From Christensenella sp. (GTDB lineage: Bacteria > Bacillota > Clostridia > Christensenellales > UBA3700), in contig JALFUR010000014.1 of the NCBI GenBank assembly GCA_022784465.1, positions 64,645-128,644 of the forward strand: a stretch of 64,000 bases of DNA, given 5' to 3'. Within the stretch, counting starts at the first letter, position 1, and each line of letters starts with the position of its first letter. Below are positions 1 to 10,313 of this stretch, piece after piece. Under the pieces are notes generated by a model. It was given only the letters and a program-made list of their open reading frames with translations. It searched no databases and was not told the origin of the DNA. The position numbers and the translations under genes are program-made.

Positions 1-1103
1 CCAAAAACTGCGTCTACTGGAATCCCATCTTTACGTTTTAATGAAAAATAATATAGATAATGTTTTGCATTACATACATCACCATACAAATCATTCATTC
101 TTGTAAAAATTGCTTTTGCCTTTTTTGAATCGCCCTTATTAAAGTAACAAATACCTAAATATTCATTTACCTCATATGAGTCTAATAAAAAGTCTGACCT
201 TTTATTTAAAAATACAATTGCTTCATCCCAAAATTCGTTTTGCATGTATAGAACAACTATTCTTCTTATGAATTGATAATCATCTTTTTGTATATTTAAA
301 AACCATTCTTTTAGTTTTTCTAGCAATTCTTTTTTATCGCCTAACTCATTAATAATCTCACAATAAATTAATCTTAAATTAATATTATTTGATTCTACTT
401 CAAGTCCCTTTAACGCAATTTCTTTTGCTTCTTCAAAGCGCTGAAGATTGTATAAACATAATGCTTTTGAATAATAAGCTAAAGCTTTCTTTTGTTTTCT
501 AACTTTAAAAGATAATGCTTCATCTAAATTTTTTATTGAGCCTTCATAATCCTTTTCTTTTAACAATTCTACTGCTGTATTAAAAACACGATTAAATCTT
601 TCAGTGTGATCATGAAGAGTAAAATGGCCTTCAGCTTTTTCTCCTTCAAGAATTTTTTCTATATTTATATTAAAAGGCTTAACTATTTCTTCAACATCCT
701 CTTCAAAGAAACCATTTTCTCGCAATGCATCTAAAATCATTGCCTTATTTTCTTCTCTTCTTTTTTGAACATATTTTTTCACTTGATTATAATAATGTCT
801 TGCTGCGTCAAAGTCTTGCAAAGACAATAAATTCATCATAATCATCATTTTTATTTCCTGATCATGTGGATATAACATCAACGCTTTAAATAACAATTCA
901 TTGGAATACTCAAATCTAAATTTTAAATTTAAAAGTCTTGCTGTATAGATATACGAATCCTTTTTCTCTTTTTTATTTTTTGCAACTCTCATGGCATTAT
1001 TTGACTCAATAAGAGCAGTAGTAAAATCCTCTTGCTCAATTAAAGAGTCAACTTTTTTTAAATAATATTTTGTATTATTTTCAATCTTAATTATTTTTGC
1101 CAT
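1..1103 (-). CDS. TPR-like repeat protein. It is partial because its C-terminus runs off the window start.
   Basis: My own translation of the minus strand from the ATG at 1103 (MAKIIKIENNTKYYLKKVD...) stays open to position 1. It shows repeated A/Y/L-rich helical-hairpin patterns typical of TPR. It is not in the ORF track because no stop lies in the window. It overlaps the 3' end of hslO by 17 nt. Confidence 0.6.
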   Translation of the reverse strand, partial: MAKIIKIENNTKYYLKKVDSLIEQEDFTTALIESNNAMRVAKNKKEKKDSYIYTARLLNLKFRFEYSNELLFKALMLYPHDQEIKMMIMMNLLSLQDFDAARHYYNQVKKYVQKRREENKAMILDALRENGFFEEDVEEIVKPFNINIEKILEGEKAEGHFTLHDHTERFNRVFNTAVELLKEKDYEGSIKNLDEALSFKVRKQKKALAYYSKALCLYNLQRFEEAKEIALKGLEVESNNINLRLIYCEIINELGDKKELLEKLKEWFLNIQKDDYQFIRRIVVLYMQNEFWDEAIVFLNKRSDFLLDSYEVNEYLGICYFNKGDSKKAKAIFTRMNDLYGDVCNAKHYLYYFSLKRKDGIPVDAVF

Positions 1104-1941
1104 TAAATAATTTCTCTATATCTTTATCTTCAAATATGTATTTTTTATTGCAAAATTGACAATTAACTTCAATTTTTCCTTCTTTTTCTATAATCTTATT
1201 TGCCTCTTCTCTTCCTAAAGAAATTAAAACATTTTTTATTTTTTCTTCCGAACATGAACATTCATAGTATGGATGTAAATCATCTAAAATATTAATGTCA
1301 AAATGACCAAAATAATAATCTAGTACTCCATCTAATCCCTTCTCATTTACAAGTCCAACAATATCTGAAAGTTGAGAAACAATATCTTCTAATATAACTA
1401 ATTTTTCCTCTTCGCAATTTGGCATTGGTTGAACAATTATTCCTGCGCTTTTTTTACATATACCATGCTCAACATCTACGCCAAGAGAAATTGCACTTGG
1501 CAATTGTTCTGATGCGGTAAAATAATATGCAAAATCCGCATCAATGCTTCCGTTGACTAATTGAGATATACCATTATAAGGCTCTTTTAGACCAAAATCC
1601 TTAATAAGATTTAAATAGCCTTCTCTTCCAACTACATCTTGAGTTTTTAATCCCATAGCTTTAGGATTTTCAATATATCCACGAACTTTACCGCCAGCAT
1701 CACCTGATACAACAATTTTTCCGCCGCTGCCGTTTCCTTGAATTATTATTGTTAACTTGTCATTTTTTCCTTTAAAACTTGCAGAAATAAATGCGCCAAT
1801 AGATAGCACTTTTCCAAGCGCTTTTGCAGCATCATCAGATAGGTTATGATACTCTATTGCCTTTTGAACAATATCTGTTGTATCTAATAAATCTACAATT
1901 GCTTTTCCTTCAAATAAAATTGCTCTTTTTATTAATCCCAT
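1087..1941 (-). CDS. hslO: Hsp33 redox-regulated chaperonin
   Basis: The length (284 aa) fits, and the C-terminal zinc centre CSCS...CQFC (CxC...CxxC) is characteristic of Hsp33. Confidence 0.9.
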   Translation of the reverse strand: MGLIKRAILFEGKAIVDLLDTTDIVQKAIEYHNLSDDAAKALGKVLSIGAFISASFKGKNDKLTIIIQGNGSGGKIVVSGDAGGKVRGYIENPKAMGLKTQDVVGREGYLNLIKDFGLKEPYNGISQLVNGSIDADFAYYFTASEQLPSAISLGVDVEHGICKKSAGIIVQPMPNCEEEKLVILEDIVSQLSDIVGLVNEKGLDGVLDYYFGHFDINILDDLHPYYECSCSEEKIKNVLISLGREEANKIIEKEGKIEVNCQFCNKKYIFEDKDIEKLFNGKNN

Positions 1942-1943
1942 AT

Positions 1944-2657
1944 TTATATCCTTTCACAAACAAATAAAGCTCTATTTGAATTATTCTCAAACTGCTTATA
2001 ATTTGTTCCATCGTATACATTCACTTTAAAATACTTATATAATTCTCTTAATAAATCTTCATTGCAATGAACATATTGATCATGTTCTTCATCTATTCTT
2101 TTATATAATCCATTACCTGCATTTTCAAAAAATGCTAAATCCATGTGTAAGCGATTATTATGTAATTTGTTAGACCAAATATATGTTGCACTATCTGTAT
2201 CTTCACAAAAGATGTTACTTGCTAAAATCTTAGTCAATTTATATTCGCTAGATATATCAAAAATAAAATAGCCACCTTCTTTTATATAATTTGCAATAGA
2301 TTGGAATAGTTTTGAAATATCTTTTTGAGGAATATAGTTTATACCATCACATACACAAGTTACAGTATCTACCTTATGAATAGGTGTAAACTTTCTTATA
2401 TCATTACAAATAAAAGTTATATCTTCACGCTCGCTTTTAGCTTTTTGTTTAGCAATATTGAGCATTTCTTGTGAGTTATCAACGGCAATGGTCTTTGCTC
2501 CCATCTTAGATAAAGCAATGCTCATTACACCAGAGCCACAACATAAATCTATTGCTTCATTTTTGACATATGGACTTATAAACTTGATGTATCCATCATA
2601 GTCAAAATCCTTCATTAATACGTCATAATATTTAGCTAAAATAGAATATGCTTCCAT
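1944..2657 (-). CDS. Class I SAM-dependent methyltransferase
   Basis: The SAM-binding motif I DLCCGSGVMS is followed by an acidic loop (AVDNS). Confidence 0.8.
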   Translation of the reverse strand: MEAYSILAKYYDVLMKDFDYDGYIKFISPYVKNEAIDLCCGSGVMSIALSKMGAKTIAVDNSQEMLNIAKQKAKSEREDITFICNDIRKFTPIHKVDTVTCVCDGINYIPQKDISKLFQSIANYIKEGGYFIFDISSEYKLTKILASNIFCEDTDSATYIWSNKLHNNRLHMDLAFFENAGNGLYKRIDEEHDQYVHCNEDLLRELYKYFKVNVYDGTNYKQFENNSNRALFVCERI

Positions 2658-3673
2658 TATTTTTTCTTTCTCTTGTATCCTGGAGCTTTTTTAGCATTAT
2701 TTTGTTTAGGCTTAGAAGGCTTTTCCTTTGCTTTTTTCTCTATTTCAATGTTTCTGTTATACAAGTACGCAATATATGAATCTGTTAAGAATTGCGAATA
2801 ATGTATATGCGCAATTACGTATAGCGAAACACCATATAAAGCAAAAAGCACAAGCCAAACAACACCAAATGAAGTAAACATTAATGCAAATGGAGCAGCT
2901 AATAGCACAACAATAAACAATGTTTGAATTGGACTTAGCAACATAATAATTCCAGCATTTTTCATTGTTATAGAAATGTTCTTTGCTGCCGAATTGTCAA
3001 ACTTATATGTTATAAACATTGGAATTAATACCATAAAATACATTGCAACAATTATTGCAAGTAATCCAAGCACAATTGTCAAAACCCACCAAATAGCATT
3101 TGGCGTTACTTGTGTTGAATAAGCTTGTACAAGTTCTAAAACAGAATAAGCAAAACCTGTAGCAATAACGCCTATTACTAAGAAACAAACCATAAACTTA
3201 TACCAGTGTCTTTTTATACCCATAAAGAAGTCTCTAAATAGTCTTGATTTTGCTTCCCAGATCATATTTCTAAGAACATTGTATACCCCAGATAAACCTA
3301 ATCCAGCGATAAGACATGATGGAGCTACGTAGCACAAAACATATTTTTGCTTTAAGTCAAAAATTTGATTAACTAAATCATTAATAACAGCTTGAGAAGT
3401 TGAAGCATATCCAAAGCCCAATCCTCCTGAAATATTTACAGCATTTTGCAATTGTGTTATTTCTTGAGGCAAAACAAAGCCCAATAAAATTATTAAAGGT
3501 AAAAAGAAAATGCTACCTATTAAACTTAAAAGTAAAGTTTTTCCTGGCTTTAATCCAATTAATTGAAAAGTCGCTTTAAATCTACCTTTTGCTTCTCTAT
3601 CTCTACTGTCTGGGCTCAAGTCTTGAGCTAAAGTTAAATTTGATGCTAGTTTTTGTATTACGCTCATATCCAA
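2657..3673 (-). CDS. Polytopic membrane protein with a Lys-rich C-terminal tail; function unknown
   Basis: It has at least 6 long hydrophobic segments and a KKAKEKPSKPKQNNAKKAPGYKRKKK tail. Its start shares an ATGA-type overlap with the downstream methyltransferase. Confidence 0.55.
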   Translation of the reverse strand: MDMSVIQKLASNLTLAQDLSPDSRDREAKGRFKATFQLIGLKPGKTLLLSLIGSIFFLPLIILLGFVLPQEITQLQNAVNISGGLGFGYASTSQAVINDLVNQIFDLKQKYVLCYVAPSCLIAGLGLSGVYNVLRNMIWEAKSRLFRDFFMGIKRHWYKFMVCFLVIGVIATGFAYSVLELVQAYSTQVTPNAIWWVLTIVLGLLAIIVAMYFMVLIPMFITYKFDNSAAKNISITMKNAGIIMLLSPIQTLFIVVLLAAPFALMFTSFGVVWLVLFALYGVSLYVIAHIHYSQFLTDSYIAYLYNRNIEIEKKAKEKPSKPKQNNAKKAPGYKRKKK

Positions 3674-3754
3674 ACTCCATGTTAAATAATCAAAGATATG
3701 ATACTATATTTTTATTAAAAAAACAAAAGTTTTTAATATAGTAAGCATAATTGC

Positions 3755-3782
3755 TTTACATATTTAAATTGCTTGTGATAAT
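3755..3782 (+). promoter_or_regulatory. Candidate sigma-A promoter of the lysine-riboswitch leader
   Basis: TTTACA (3755-3760), a 16 nt spacer, then TGtGATAAT (extended -10, 3777-3782). Confidence 0.45.
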
Positions 3783-3789
3783 ATTTGCG

Positions 3790-4000
3790 TAGTTAAAGAG
3801 GTGCGATACCTAATAGTATGGAGATAAAAAACTGCAAGAAGTTCTTCAAAAAGGAGTTATCGCCGAAGAAAGATATAATCTTGATAGTATCTTATCTGGT
3901 TGTGCAGTGAATAATTGTACGATTGTCATCATAAAATGATGGAGTGCTTTATCTAACCTAAATATGGTTTGTGCGGTGCTCTTAACACTGCATTTTTTTT
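3790..4000 (+). promoter_or_regulatory. Lysine riboswitch (L-box) with an intrinsic terminator as its expression platform
   Basis: The L-box core motifs appear in the correct order: AGAGGTGCG ... GGAGA ... GCCGAAG ... TCTGG ... TTGTCA ... TGGAGTGCT. A hairpin tgcggtg/cactgca plus a T8 run follows (3971-4000). The element sits directly upstream of asd-dapA-dapB. Confidence 0.85.
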
Positions 4001-4033
4001 AGAAAATAACATTTTAGCAAAAGGAGCTATGAT

Positions 4034-5059
4034 ATGAAAAAATATAATATCGCTGTAGTAGGTGCTACAGGCATGGTAGGAACAAAATTCCTAGAAGTAT
4101 TAGAAGAAAAGAAATTACCAGTTGAAAATTATTATCTATTTGCATCAGCAAAATCTGCTGGCAAAGTTATTAACTTCATGAATAAAGATCATGTAGTTAT
4201 TGAACTAACTGATGACAATATTAAGGCACTTAAAGGAAAATGCGATATTGCCCTATTCTCTGCAGGCGGAGCTACATCTGCTAGATTTGCACCTGTATTT
4301 GCACAAATGGGTACTGTTGTTATTGATAACTCAGCACAATGGCGTATGCATGACGATGTACCTCTTGTTGTTCCTGAAGTAAATCCTCAAGATATAGATT
4401 GGCATCATAATATTATTGCAAACCCAAACTGCTCTACAATACAAGCTATGCTTGCACTTAAACCTTTACATGATAAATATGGTTTAAAAAGAGTTGTATA
4501 TTCAACTTATCAAGCAGTTTCAGGTGCTGGCGTTGCTGGATACAATGATTTACTTGAAGGTTTAAAAGCATTTGTAAATAACGAAGAATATAAAACTAAG
4601 AAATTCCCTTATCAAATCGCAAATAACTGTATTCCTCACATTGACGTATTTTTAGACAATGGTTATACAAAAGAAGAAATGAAAATGGTTTGGGAAACAA
4701 AGAAGATTCTAGGAGATCAATCAATTAAAGTAACTGCAACTACTGTAAGAGTACCAGTACTTAACTCTCACTCAGAATCTATCAACCTTGAGTTTAATAA
4801 ACCTGCAACACTTGAAGGCATTATTGAAGCTTTAAAGGGACAAGAACATTTAGTAATTGTTGACGATGTAAAGAACAACATTTATCCAATGCCAATTGAT
4901 TCTACAGGACACGATGAAGTGTTTGTAGGAAGAATTCGTATGGATGACACAGTAGATAGTGGATGCAATTTATGGGTTTGCGCAGATAACATTCGTAAAG
5001 GTGCTGCATCAAACGCTGTTCAAATTGCTGAATACATGATTAATCATAATAAGATTTAA
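4034..5059 (+). CDS. asd: Aspartate-semialdehyde dehydrogenase
   Basis: It has an N-terminal Rossmann motif VVGATGMVG, an active-site NPNCSTI and a QAVSGAG motif. A good SD (aaggag) is present. Confidence 0.95.
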   Translation: MKKYNIAVVGATGMVGTKFLEVLEEKKLPVENYYLFASAKSAGKVINFMNKDHVVIELTDDNIKALKGKCDIALFSAGGATSARFAPVFAQMGTVVIDNSAQWRMHDDVPLVVPEVNPQDIDWHHNIIANPNCSTIQAMLALKPLHDKYGLKRVVYSTYQAVSGAGVAGYNDLLEGLKAFVNNEEYKTKKFPYQIANNCIPHIDVFLDNGYTKEEMKMVWETKKILGDQSIKVTATTVRVPVLNSHSESINLEFNKPATLEGIIEALKGQEHLVIVDDVKNNIYPMPIDSTGHDEVFVGRIRMDDTVDSGCNLWVCADNIRKGAASNAVQIAEYMINHNKI

Positions 5060-5071
5060 TAGGAGTGTAAA

Positions 5072-5947
5072 ATGTTTAAAGGAACTGCAACTGCATTAAT
5101 AACACCTTTTACAGAAAATGGAGTAGATTTCGATTCTTTAGAAAAATTATTAGATTTTCAATTAAATAATGAAATCGACGCTCTTGTTGTTCTTGGAACA
5201 ACAGGTGAACCTCCTACAATGACAAAAGAAGAAAAACTTGCTGTAATGAAATTTGCAATTAAAAAAGTGGATCACAAAATTCCAGTAATTTTAGGAACAG
5301 GTTCGAATTGCACAAAGACAGCTATTGCTAACACAATAGAAGCTGCTGAACTTGGAGCAGACGGTGCATTAGTTGTTACTCCTTTCTATAACAAATGTAC
5401 ACAAGAAGGTCTATATCTTCATTACAAAGCAATATGCGATGCTTCCCCTATTCCAGTTATAGCATACAACGTTCCTGCTAGAACTGGAGTAAACATACTT
5501 CCTGAAACTTTAAAAAAGCTTACTTCTTTAAAGCAACTACAAGGAATCAAGGATGCATGTGGCAAATCTGAACAAATTGAACAAATGGGAAAAGTTTGTC
5601 AAGGCACACACGTTAACTATTATTCAGGTGATGATGAAATGGTTATTGAAGCTATGCAAGCTGGTGGTTCTGGACTTATTTCTGTTGCTTCTAACATCTT
5701 ACCAAACGAAACAAGTTCTGTCGTAAAAGCATGCTTAGAAAAAGACTATGCTAAAGCTCAAGCAATATTAAATAAATACAGAGCAATAGACGAAGCATTA
5801 TTCTATGAAGTAAATCCTATTCCTGTAAAATATGCAGCATATAAAATGGGATTATGTCAAAACATTTTAAGATTGCCTTTAACTCCATTGAGTGAAAACA
5901 ATGCTCAAAGACTTGAAGCAATTATGAAAGATTTACAATTGATATAG
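5072..5947 (+). CDS. dapA: 4-hydroxy-tetrahydrodipicolinate synthase
   Basis: The motifs GTTGE, TPFYNK and YNVPARTG are typical of DapA. Confidence 0.95.
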   Translation: MFKGTATALITPFTENGVDFDSLEKLLDFQLNNEIDALVVLGTTGEPPTMTKEEKLAVMKFAIKKVDHKIPVILGTGSNCTKTAIANTIEAAELGADGALVVTPFYNKCTQEGLYLHYKAICDASPIPVIAYNVPARTGVNILPETLKKLTSLKQLQGIKDACGKSEQIEQMGKVCQGTHVNYYSGDDEMVIEAMQAGGSGLISVASNILPNETSSVVKACLEKDYAKAQAILNKYRAIDEALFYEVNPIPVKYAAYKMGLCQNILRLPLTPLSENNAQRLEAIMKDLQLI

Positions 5948-5954
5948 GTGAAAT

Positions 5955-6716
5955 ATGAATATTTTAATTTGGGGCCTAGGTGGCAAAATGGGAAAAATCG
6001 TTAAGTCTATCGTTGACGAAACTGAAGGCTTAACACTTGTTGGAGGAGTAGATAAATTTGCTGATCCAACTCAATTTAATGTTCCTGTATTTAGAAATGC
6101 AATTGAAATCAATACTAAAGTTGATGTCTTAATAGATTTTTCTAGACCTGATGCTTTAACAGAAATTCTATCTTATGCAACAAGCAATAAAGTTGCATGC
6201 GTATTATGTACTACTGGATATAGCGATGAACAAGAAAATCAAATTAAAGAAGTTTCTAAATTAATCCCTATCTTCAGATCAAGCAATATGAGTATTGGCG
6301 TTAATCTTATGGTTGAGTTATGTAAAAAAGCAGCTCAACTACTTGGAAACGATTTTGAAGTAGAAATAATAGAACAACATCACAACCAAAAAGTCGATGC
6401 TCCTTCTGGAACAGCTTTAACTATTGCCAATGCAATAAATGAAGAATTCAATAACAGCAAAACTTTTATCTATGGTAGATCAAGTAAAAATCAAAAGAGA
6501 GATAGAAATGAAATTGGAATCCATGCTGTTAGAGGTGGAACAATAGTTGGCAAACATGATGCCCTATTCATTGGTCAAGATGAGATTGTAACAATCGCTC
6601 ATGAAGCACAATCTAAAGCAGTTTTCGCTAAAGGTGCTGTTAGAGCCGCTATATTTATTGGACAAAACAAAGAAGCTGGCTTATATAACATGAAAGATTT
6701 AATTGCTTCAGTATAA
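5955..6716 (+). CDS. dapB: 4-hydroxy-tetrahydrodipicolinate reductase
   Basis: The signature E(I)IEQHHNQKVDAPSGTA is present, and the length fits. Confidence 0.93.
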   Translation: MNILIWGLGGKMGKIVKSIVDETEGLTLVGGVDKFADPTQFNVPVFRNAIEINTKVDVLIDFSRPDALTEILSYATSNKVACVLCTTGYSDEQENQIKEVSKLIPIFRSSNMSIGVNLMVELCKKAAQLLGNDFEVEIIEQHHNQKVDAPSGTALTIANAINEEFNNSKTFIYGRSSKNQKRDRNEIGIHAVRGGTIVGKHDALFIGQDEIVTIAHEAQSKAVFAKGAVRAAIFIGQNKEAGLYNMKDLIASV

Positions 6717-6735
6717 TAATACTAAAATATAAAAC

Positions 6736-6777
6736 AAAAAACTCTTTTTTCGGAAATCCCTAAAAAGAGTTTTTTTA
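6736..6777. terminator. Bidirectional intrinsic terminator between dapB (+) and the HAD gene (-)
   Basis: The hairpin aaaaactcttttt / aaaaagagttttt is flanked by an A-run and a T-run. Confidence 0.8.
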
Positions 6778-6795
6778 TATGTTATTATGCTTTAG

Positions 6796-7590
6796 TTATG
6801 CTTTAGAATCAATTACTTCGCATACTTTATTGTATAAATCTGAACCTTTTTCGTAATTTGCTGGAGCAAAACAGCTTAATCTACCATCATCAAACAATTT
6901 GCCTACAACGCTTGGATTATTCTTGGTTGTATCATATACGCCAATTGAACATCCGCCATATTTTTTTACTAATTTCATACATGGAATGTCTGTTGCACTA
7001 TCCCCTATGTATATCATGTTTTCAAATGGAACATGCACTTTATCTTGAGATACTAAATCGTTTACCCTGCTATCGCATTCATCAAAATAACCTTTAGAAA
7101 TTCTAAATAGAAATTGTGTCTTATTTGTATAATTTACAGCTTGAGCTGGCCATATTGCTACGCCATCACTAGAATATAGATATGTAGATGCATAAATACG
7201 TGTAATTTTTGAAGCAATTGAAGTTCCTTCTATAATCTCTTTTAATCCGCTAGATATTACATAATGCTCAACAGTTAATCCTTTATCTAAACCATATTGA
7301 TTTATGTTATCAAACCAAGTATCTAAACCTTTATATAGCGGAATTGTCTTTCCTATCTCAAAAAAGCTTTTTCTTGTTGTAGATTTATCTAGCATATGAG
7401 AATAAATCATTATTTTATACATCCATGCTAAATTTGTATCCATACCATTAAGTTTAGCCATTTTATTTGATTCTTTCCAAAACTCTTCAGAAGAAATGCC
7501 AAATGAAGGTATTATAGAAATAGACTGCATATCGCATGGCGATAATGTATGGTCAAAATCATAACAAATTGCAATTACTTTATTTTTCAT
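6796..7590 (-). CDS. HAD-superfamily hydrolase
   Basis: Motif I is CYDFDHTLS (DxDxT) and motif IV is GDSATDIPC. Confidence 0.75.
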   Translation of the reverse strand: MKNKVIAICYDFDHTLSPCDMQSISIIPSFGISSEEFWKESNKMAKLNGMDTNLAWMYKIMIYSHMLDKSTTRKSFFEIGKTIPLYKGLDTWFDNINQYGLDKGLTVEHYVISSGLKEIIEGTSIASKITRIYASTYLYSSDGVAIWPAQAVNYTNKTQFLFRISKGYFDECDSRVNDLVSQDKVHVPFENMIYIGDSATDIPCMKLVKKYGGCSIGVYDTTKNNPSVVGKLFDDGRLSCFAPANYEKGSDLYNKVCEVIDSKA

Positions 7591-7615
7591 ATTTTATCCT
7601 TTCAATAATTGTAAA

Positions 7616-8164
7616 TTATTGCATATTCTTTAAAATCTCTTCTATCTTAGATTGAGCATCATAATATTTCTGCTCTTCTTGTCTTATTTTTTCCTTATTA
7701 TTTTCAAACAACGACTCAAGGTCTTCATCTAAAACTATTCTGCCATTTAATAATCTTATTTTAAACTCGCCTACTGCCTTTAATGTCAAAACCTCGCCCC
7801 ATGAAAATTCATATTTTGTTTTTCTTGTATAAACTTGATTATCAAGCTCATATTGAAACTGAATTGAGTAATAATTAGTTTTCTGAGCAGATACATTGGT
7901 ATCGTTAGATAAATACTTTGCAATAAGCTCTTGGCCTTGTTTTAGCGTTTTTATCTTATAATGTTGCTCAATTAAAATAAATACAATAGAGATTAAAGAT
8001 AATGCTCCAACAGCTACAATTGCATAGCATGTTACAAAACTAGCAATTGAAGAATCTTTTGCATACAAATAATAATAAAGCAACAATCCTCCACCTACTA
8101 ATGCACAAATGGCACTAACAAGAAGAGGAGTTGTTAATAATTTTCTTGTATTTTTAATCTTCAT
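7616..8164 (-). CDS. Membrane protein with two N-terminal TM helices and a soluble beta-rich domain; function unknown
   Basis: The call rests on the hydrophobicity pattern only. Its start overlaps the stop of the upstream gene. Confidence 0.45.
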   Translation of the reverse strand: MKIKNTRKLLTTPLLVSAICALVGGGLLLYYYLYAKDSSIASFVTCYAIVAVGALSLISIVFILIEQHYKIKTLKQGQELIAKYLSNDTNVSAQKTNYYSIQFQYELDNQVYTRKTKYEFSWGEVLTLKAVGEFKIRLLNGRIVLDEDLESLFENNKEKIRQEEQKYYDAQSKIEEILKNMQ

Positions 8165-8916
8165 TATTTTTTATAAACTATTCTTCCACATTTAGAACAT
8201 TTAACATATCCTTCTGTATTCAATTTAGACAATTCAGATTGCTCTAAAGTCATATTACAGAAACAATATCCATCTAAAACTGGAACAAACACCTTTGCTA
8301 AAATAGATCTTTTCTTTGTTGGGTTTGCAGAAATGTTCTTTTCTTTTATTTCATCATATAGAGTTTTCATTTCTGGAGACAAAGCTTGCCCTGCTTCGGA
8401 AATTTCTTTTTGTGCTTCATCTAAGCGACTTCCTGTCTCTTTTTTCTTTGCAAGTGCCTTGTTCTTTAATCCATCTTCTCCTTGATATAATCTATCTAAT
8501 TCAACATATCTTTTCTTTGCCTCGTCAAAACGCTTATAGTTTCTCTTCTTTTCTTCGTTTGCAGAGTTAATCATTGTCAAATAATCTTTTATTTGAGCTT
8601 CTAATTTCTCTATTTCCTTAATGTTATGTTCAACTAAATCTAAGTCTTCACATTTATTTAAATCTACTTCTTCTAAAGAATAAATATCTTCTTTTAAATC
8701 GTTTAAAGTTTGTTCATCCAAAGGATTAGCATTTTCATTACTTGCAGTAATTAATGCTTTACATTGACTCATAATTGATTCAAGTTCTTTTCTTTCTTTT
8801 TGAATCTCTGTTGTCTTTTTAATAGTTTCATCATTATAGTATTCTTCCATGATTTTTTCACGTTTAATGTTTGCATCTTGATACTTAATGATTGCGTCTA
8901 TATTTTCTAATATCAT
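8164..8916 (-). CDS. Coiled-coil protein with a C-terminal C4 zinc ribbon (COG1579/DUF164-like)
   Basis: It has long heptad-rich E/K sequence and then CFCN...CSKCG. It sits downstream of nif3, as is typical in many bacteria. Confidence 0.7.
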   Translation of the reverse strand: MILENIDAIIKYQDANIKREKIMEEYYNDETIKKTTEIQKERKELESIMSQCKALITASNENANPLDEQTLNDLKEDIYSLEEVDLNKCEDLDLVEHNIKEIEKLEAQIKDYLTMINSANEEKKRNYKRFDEAKKRYVELDRLYQGEDGLKNKALAKKKETGSRLDEAQKEISEAGQALSPEMKTLYDEIKEKNISANPTKKRSILAKVFVPVLDGYCFCNMTLEQSELSKLNTEGYVKCSKCGRIVYKK

Positions 8917-8926
8917 AAAAAACCTC

Positions 8927-9673
8927 CTAATTATATGGGTTTATGTCTTTTTTACTTTTTATTGTTTTTATGCCTAAGTTTTTTAACCAATCTTCAAAAA
9001 TTTCCATGCATATAATTTCGCTATTATAATGTCCAACTTCTATTAGGCATATATTATAATATCTCATTTTTATTGCTAAAGACAATTTATTCTCACCGCC
9101 TATAAGCAAATCTATTTTCTCTTTATTTAACATTTCAACAAGTTCATCATCTCTTGCCCCTGCACCACAAGAAACACATACTGTTTTTATTTGCTTATTT
9201 AAATCGCCTACTGTTCTAATGTTTTTATCGTTTAACGATATAGCAATTTCCTCTTTTTTATTAAATAAGGTGTCTTCTTTAACAAACGTTCCTATTCTAT
9301 AGCAGCTGTTTTCTCCGCTTTGAATCTTAATGTTTAATAACTTGCATAGTCTTTCATTAATGCCATCTTTTGCTGCGTCTAAATTGGTATGCGCCGAATA
9401 TAAGACAAGTTTTTCTTTCTTTGCAAATTTAATAATATCTTTAGTCAACTTGTCATCTCCCTCTTCCCAAATCGCTGGGTGATGAGAAATGATCATTTGG
9501 CAATTATTTTCTTTTGCTTCTTTTAGAACGTCTATCGTTACATTTTCGCATAATAAAACTGAATCAACTTCTTGATTTTCATCTCCAAAGTTTAAACCTG
9601 CAAAATCAAAATCCATCATTAAAGATTTTGGAGCATGTAATTCAATTTCATTAATTATGTAAGCTGCCTTCAT
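8927..9673 (-). CDS. Nif3-like dinuclear metal centre protein
   Basis: It carries the ISHHP and GHYNSE motifs and sits after trmK, as in Bacillus yqfN-yqfO. Confidence 0.85.
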   Translation of the reverse strand: MKAAYIINEIELHAPKSLMMDFDFAGLNFGDENQEVDSVLLCENVTIDVLKEAKENNCQMIISHHPAIWEEGDDKLTKDIIKFAKKEKLVLYSAHTNLDAAKDGINERLCKLLNIKIQSGENSCYRIGTFVKEDTLFNKKEEIAISLNDKNIRTVGDLNKQIKTVCVSCGAGARDDELVEMLNKEKIDLLIGGENKLSLAIKMRYYNICLIEVGHYNSEIICMEIFEDWLKNLGIKTIKSKKDINPYN

Positions 9674-10313
9674 TTAATTCCTTTTCTATTATCGATAAAT
9701 TTTTTAGTACTTCGCTTTTTCGCTTATCATCAATTTTTCTATCTAATATTCTTTGATTTTTATCTTTTAGATACAATAAAAAATTGTAATAATCTGAATT
9801 TTCAAATGAGTCTTGTCCAAGCAATAATTCTTTATCGCTCAATTCTTGATTGCCATCTTTAGCAACAATTATATTGTAAAAATGGTTCTCACTTTCAACA
9901 ACGTAATCCTTGACAATCTTAATACAATTCTCCACTAAGAACTGTCTTAATTTTAAAACGTTGTTATGAGCGCATAATACATATTGATTTATACCGCTTT
10001 TTTTCCTAGATAAAATCTTTATGATTTCATAACCGCCCATACCCGCAATTAATAAAGTATCTACTTCATTATCTTTAATGACATCCATTCCGTCGCCACA
10101 GCGAAAATCAATGTTTGTTAAATTATATTTTTTTGCAAGTTTTTCAGCCTTTTGCAGAGAAGGAGCAGATATATCGCAAGCTATAACATGTTGTGCCCTT
10201 TTTTCTAACAAGCACATTACGCTTACTTTACCATGGTCGCATCCAATATCTGCTAAAGTATGAGCGTTATTGATTTCATCAATAATTGATCTTAATCTTT
10301 TATTACATATCAT
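9651..10313 (-). CDS. trmK: tRNA (adenine22-N1)-methyltransferase
   Basis: It carries the DIGCDHG motif and sits directly after sigA. Confidence 0.8.
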   Translation of the reverse strand: MICNKRLRSIIDEINNAHTLADIGCDHGKVSVMCLLEKRAQHVIACDISAPSLQKAEKLAKKYNLTNIDFRCGDGMDVIKDNEVDTLLIAGMGGYEIIKILSRKKSGINQYVLCAHNNVLKLRQFLVENCIKIVKDYVVESENHFYNIIVAKDGNQELSDKELLLGQDSFENSDYYNFLLYLKDKNQRILDRKIDDKRKSEVLKNLSIIEKELNEGSLHN

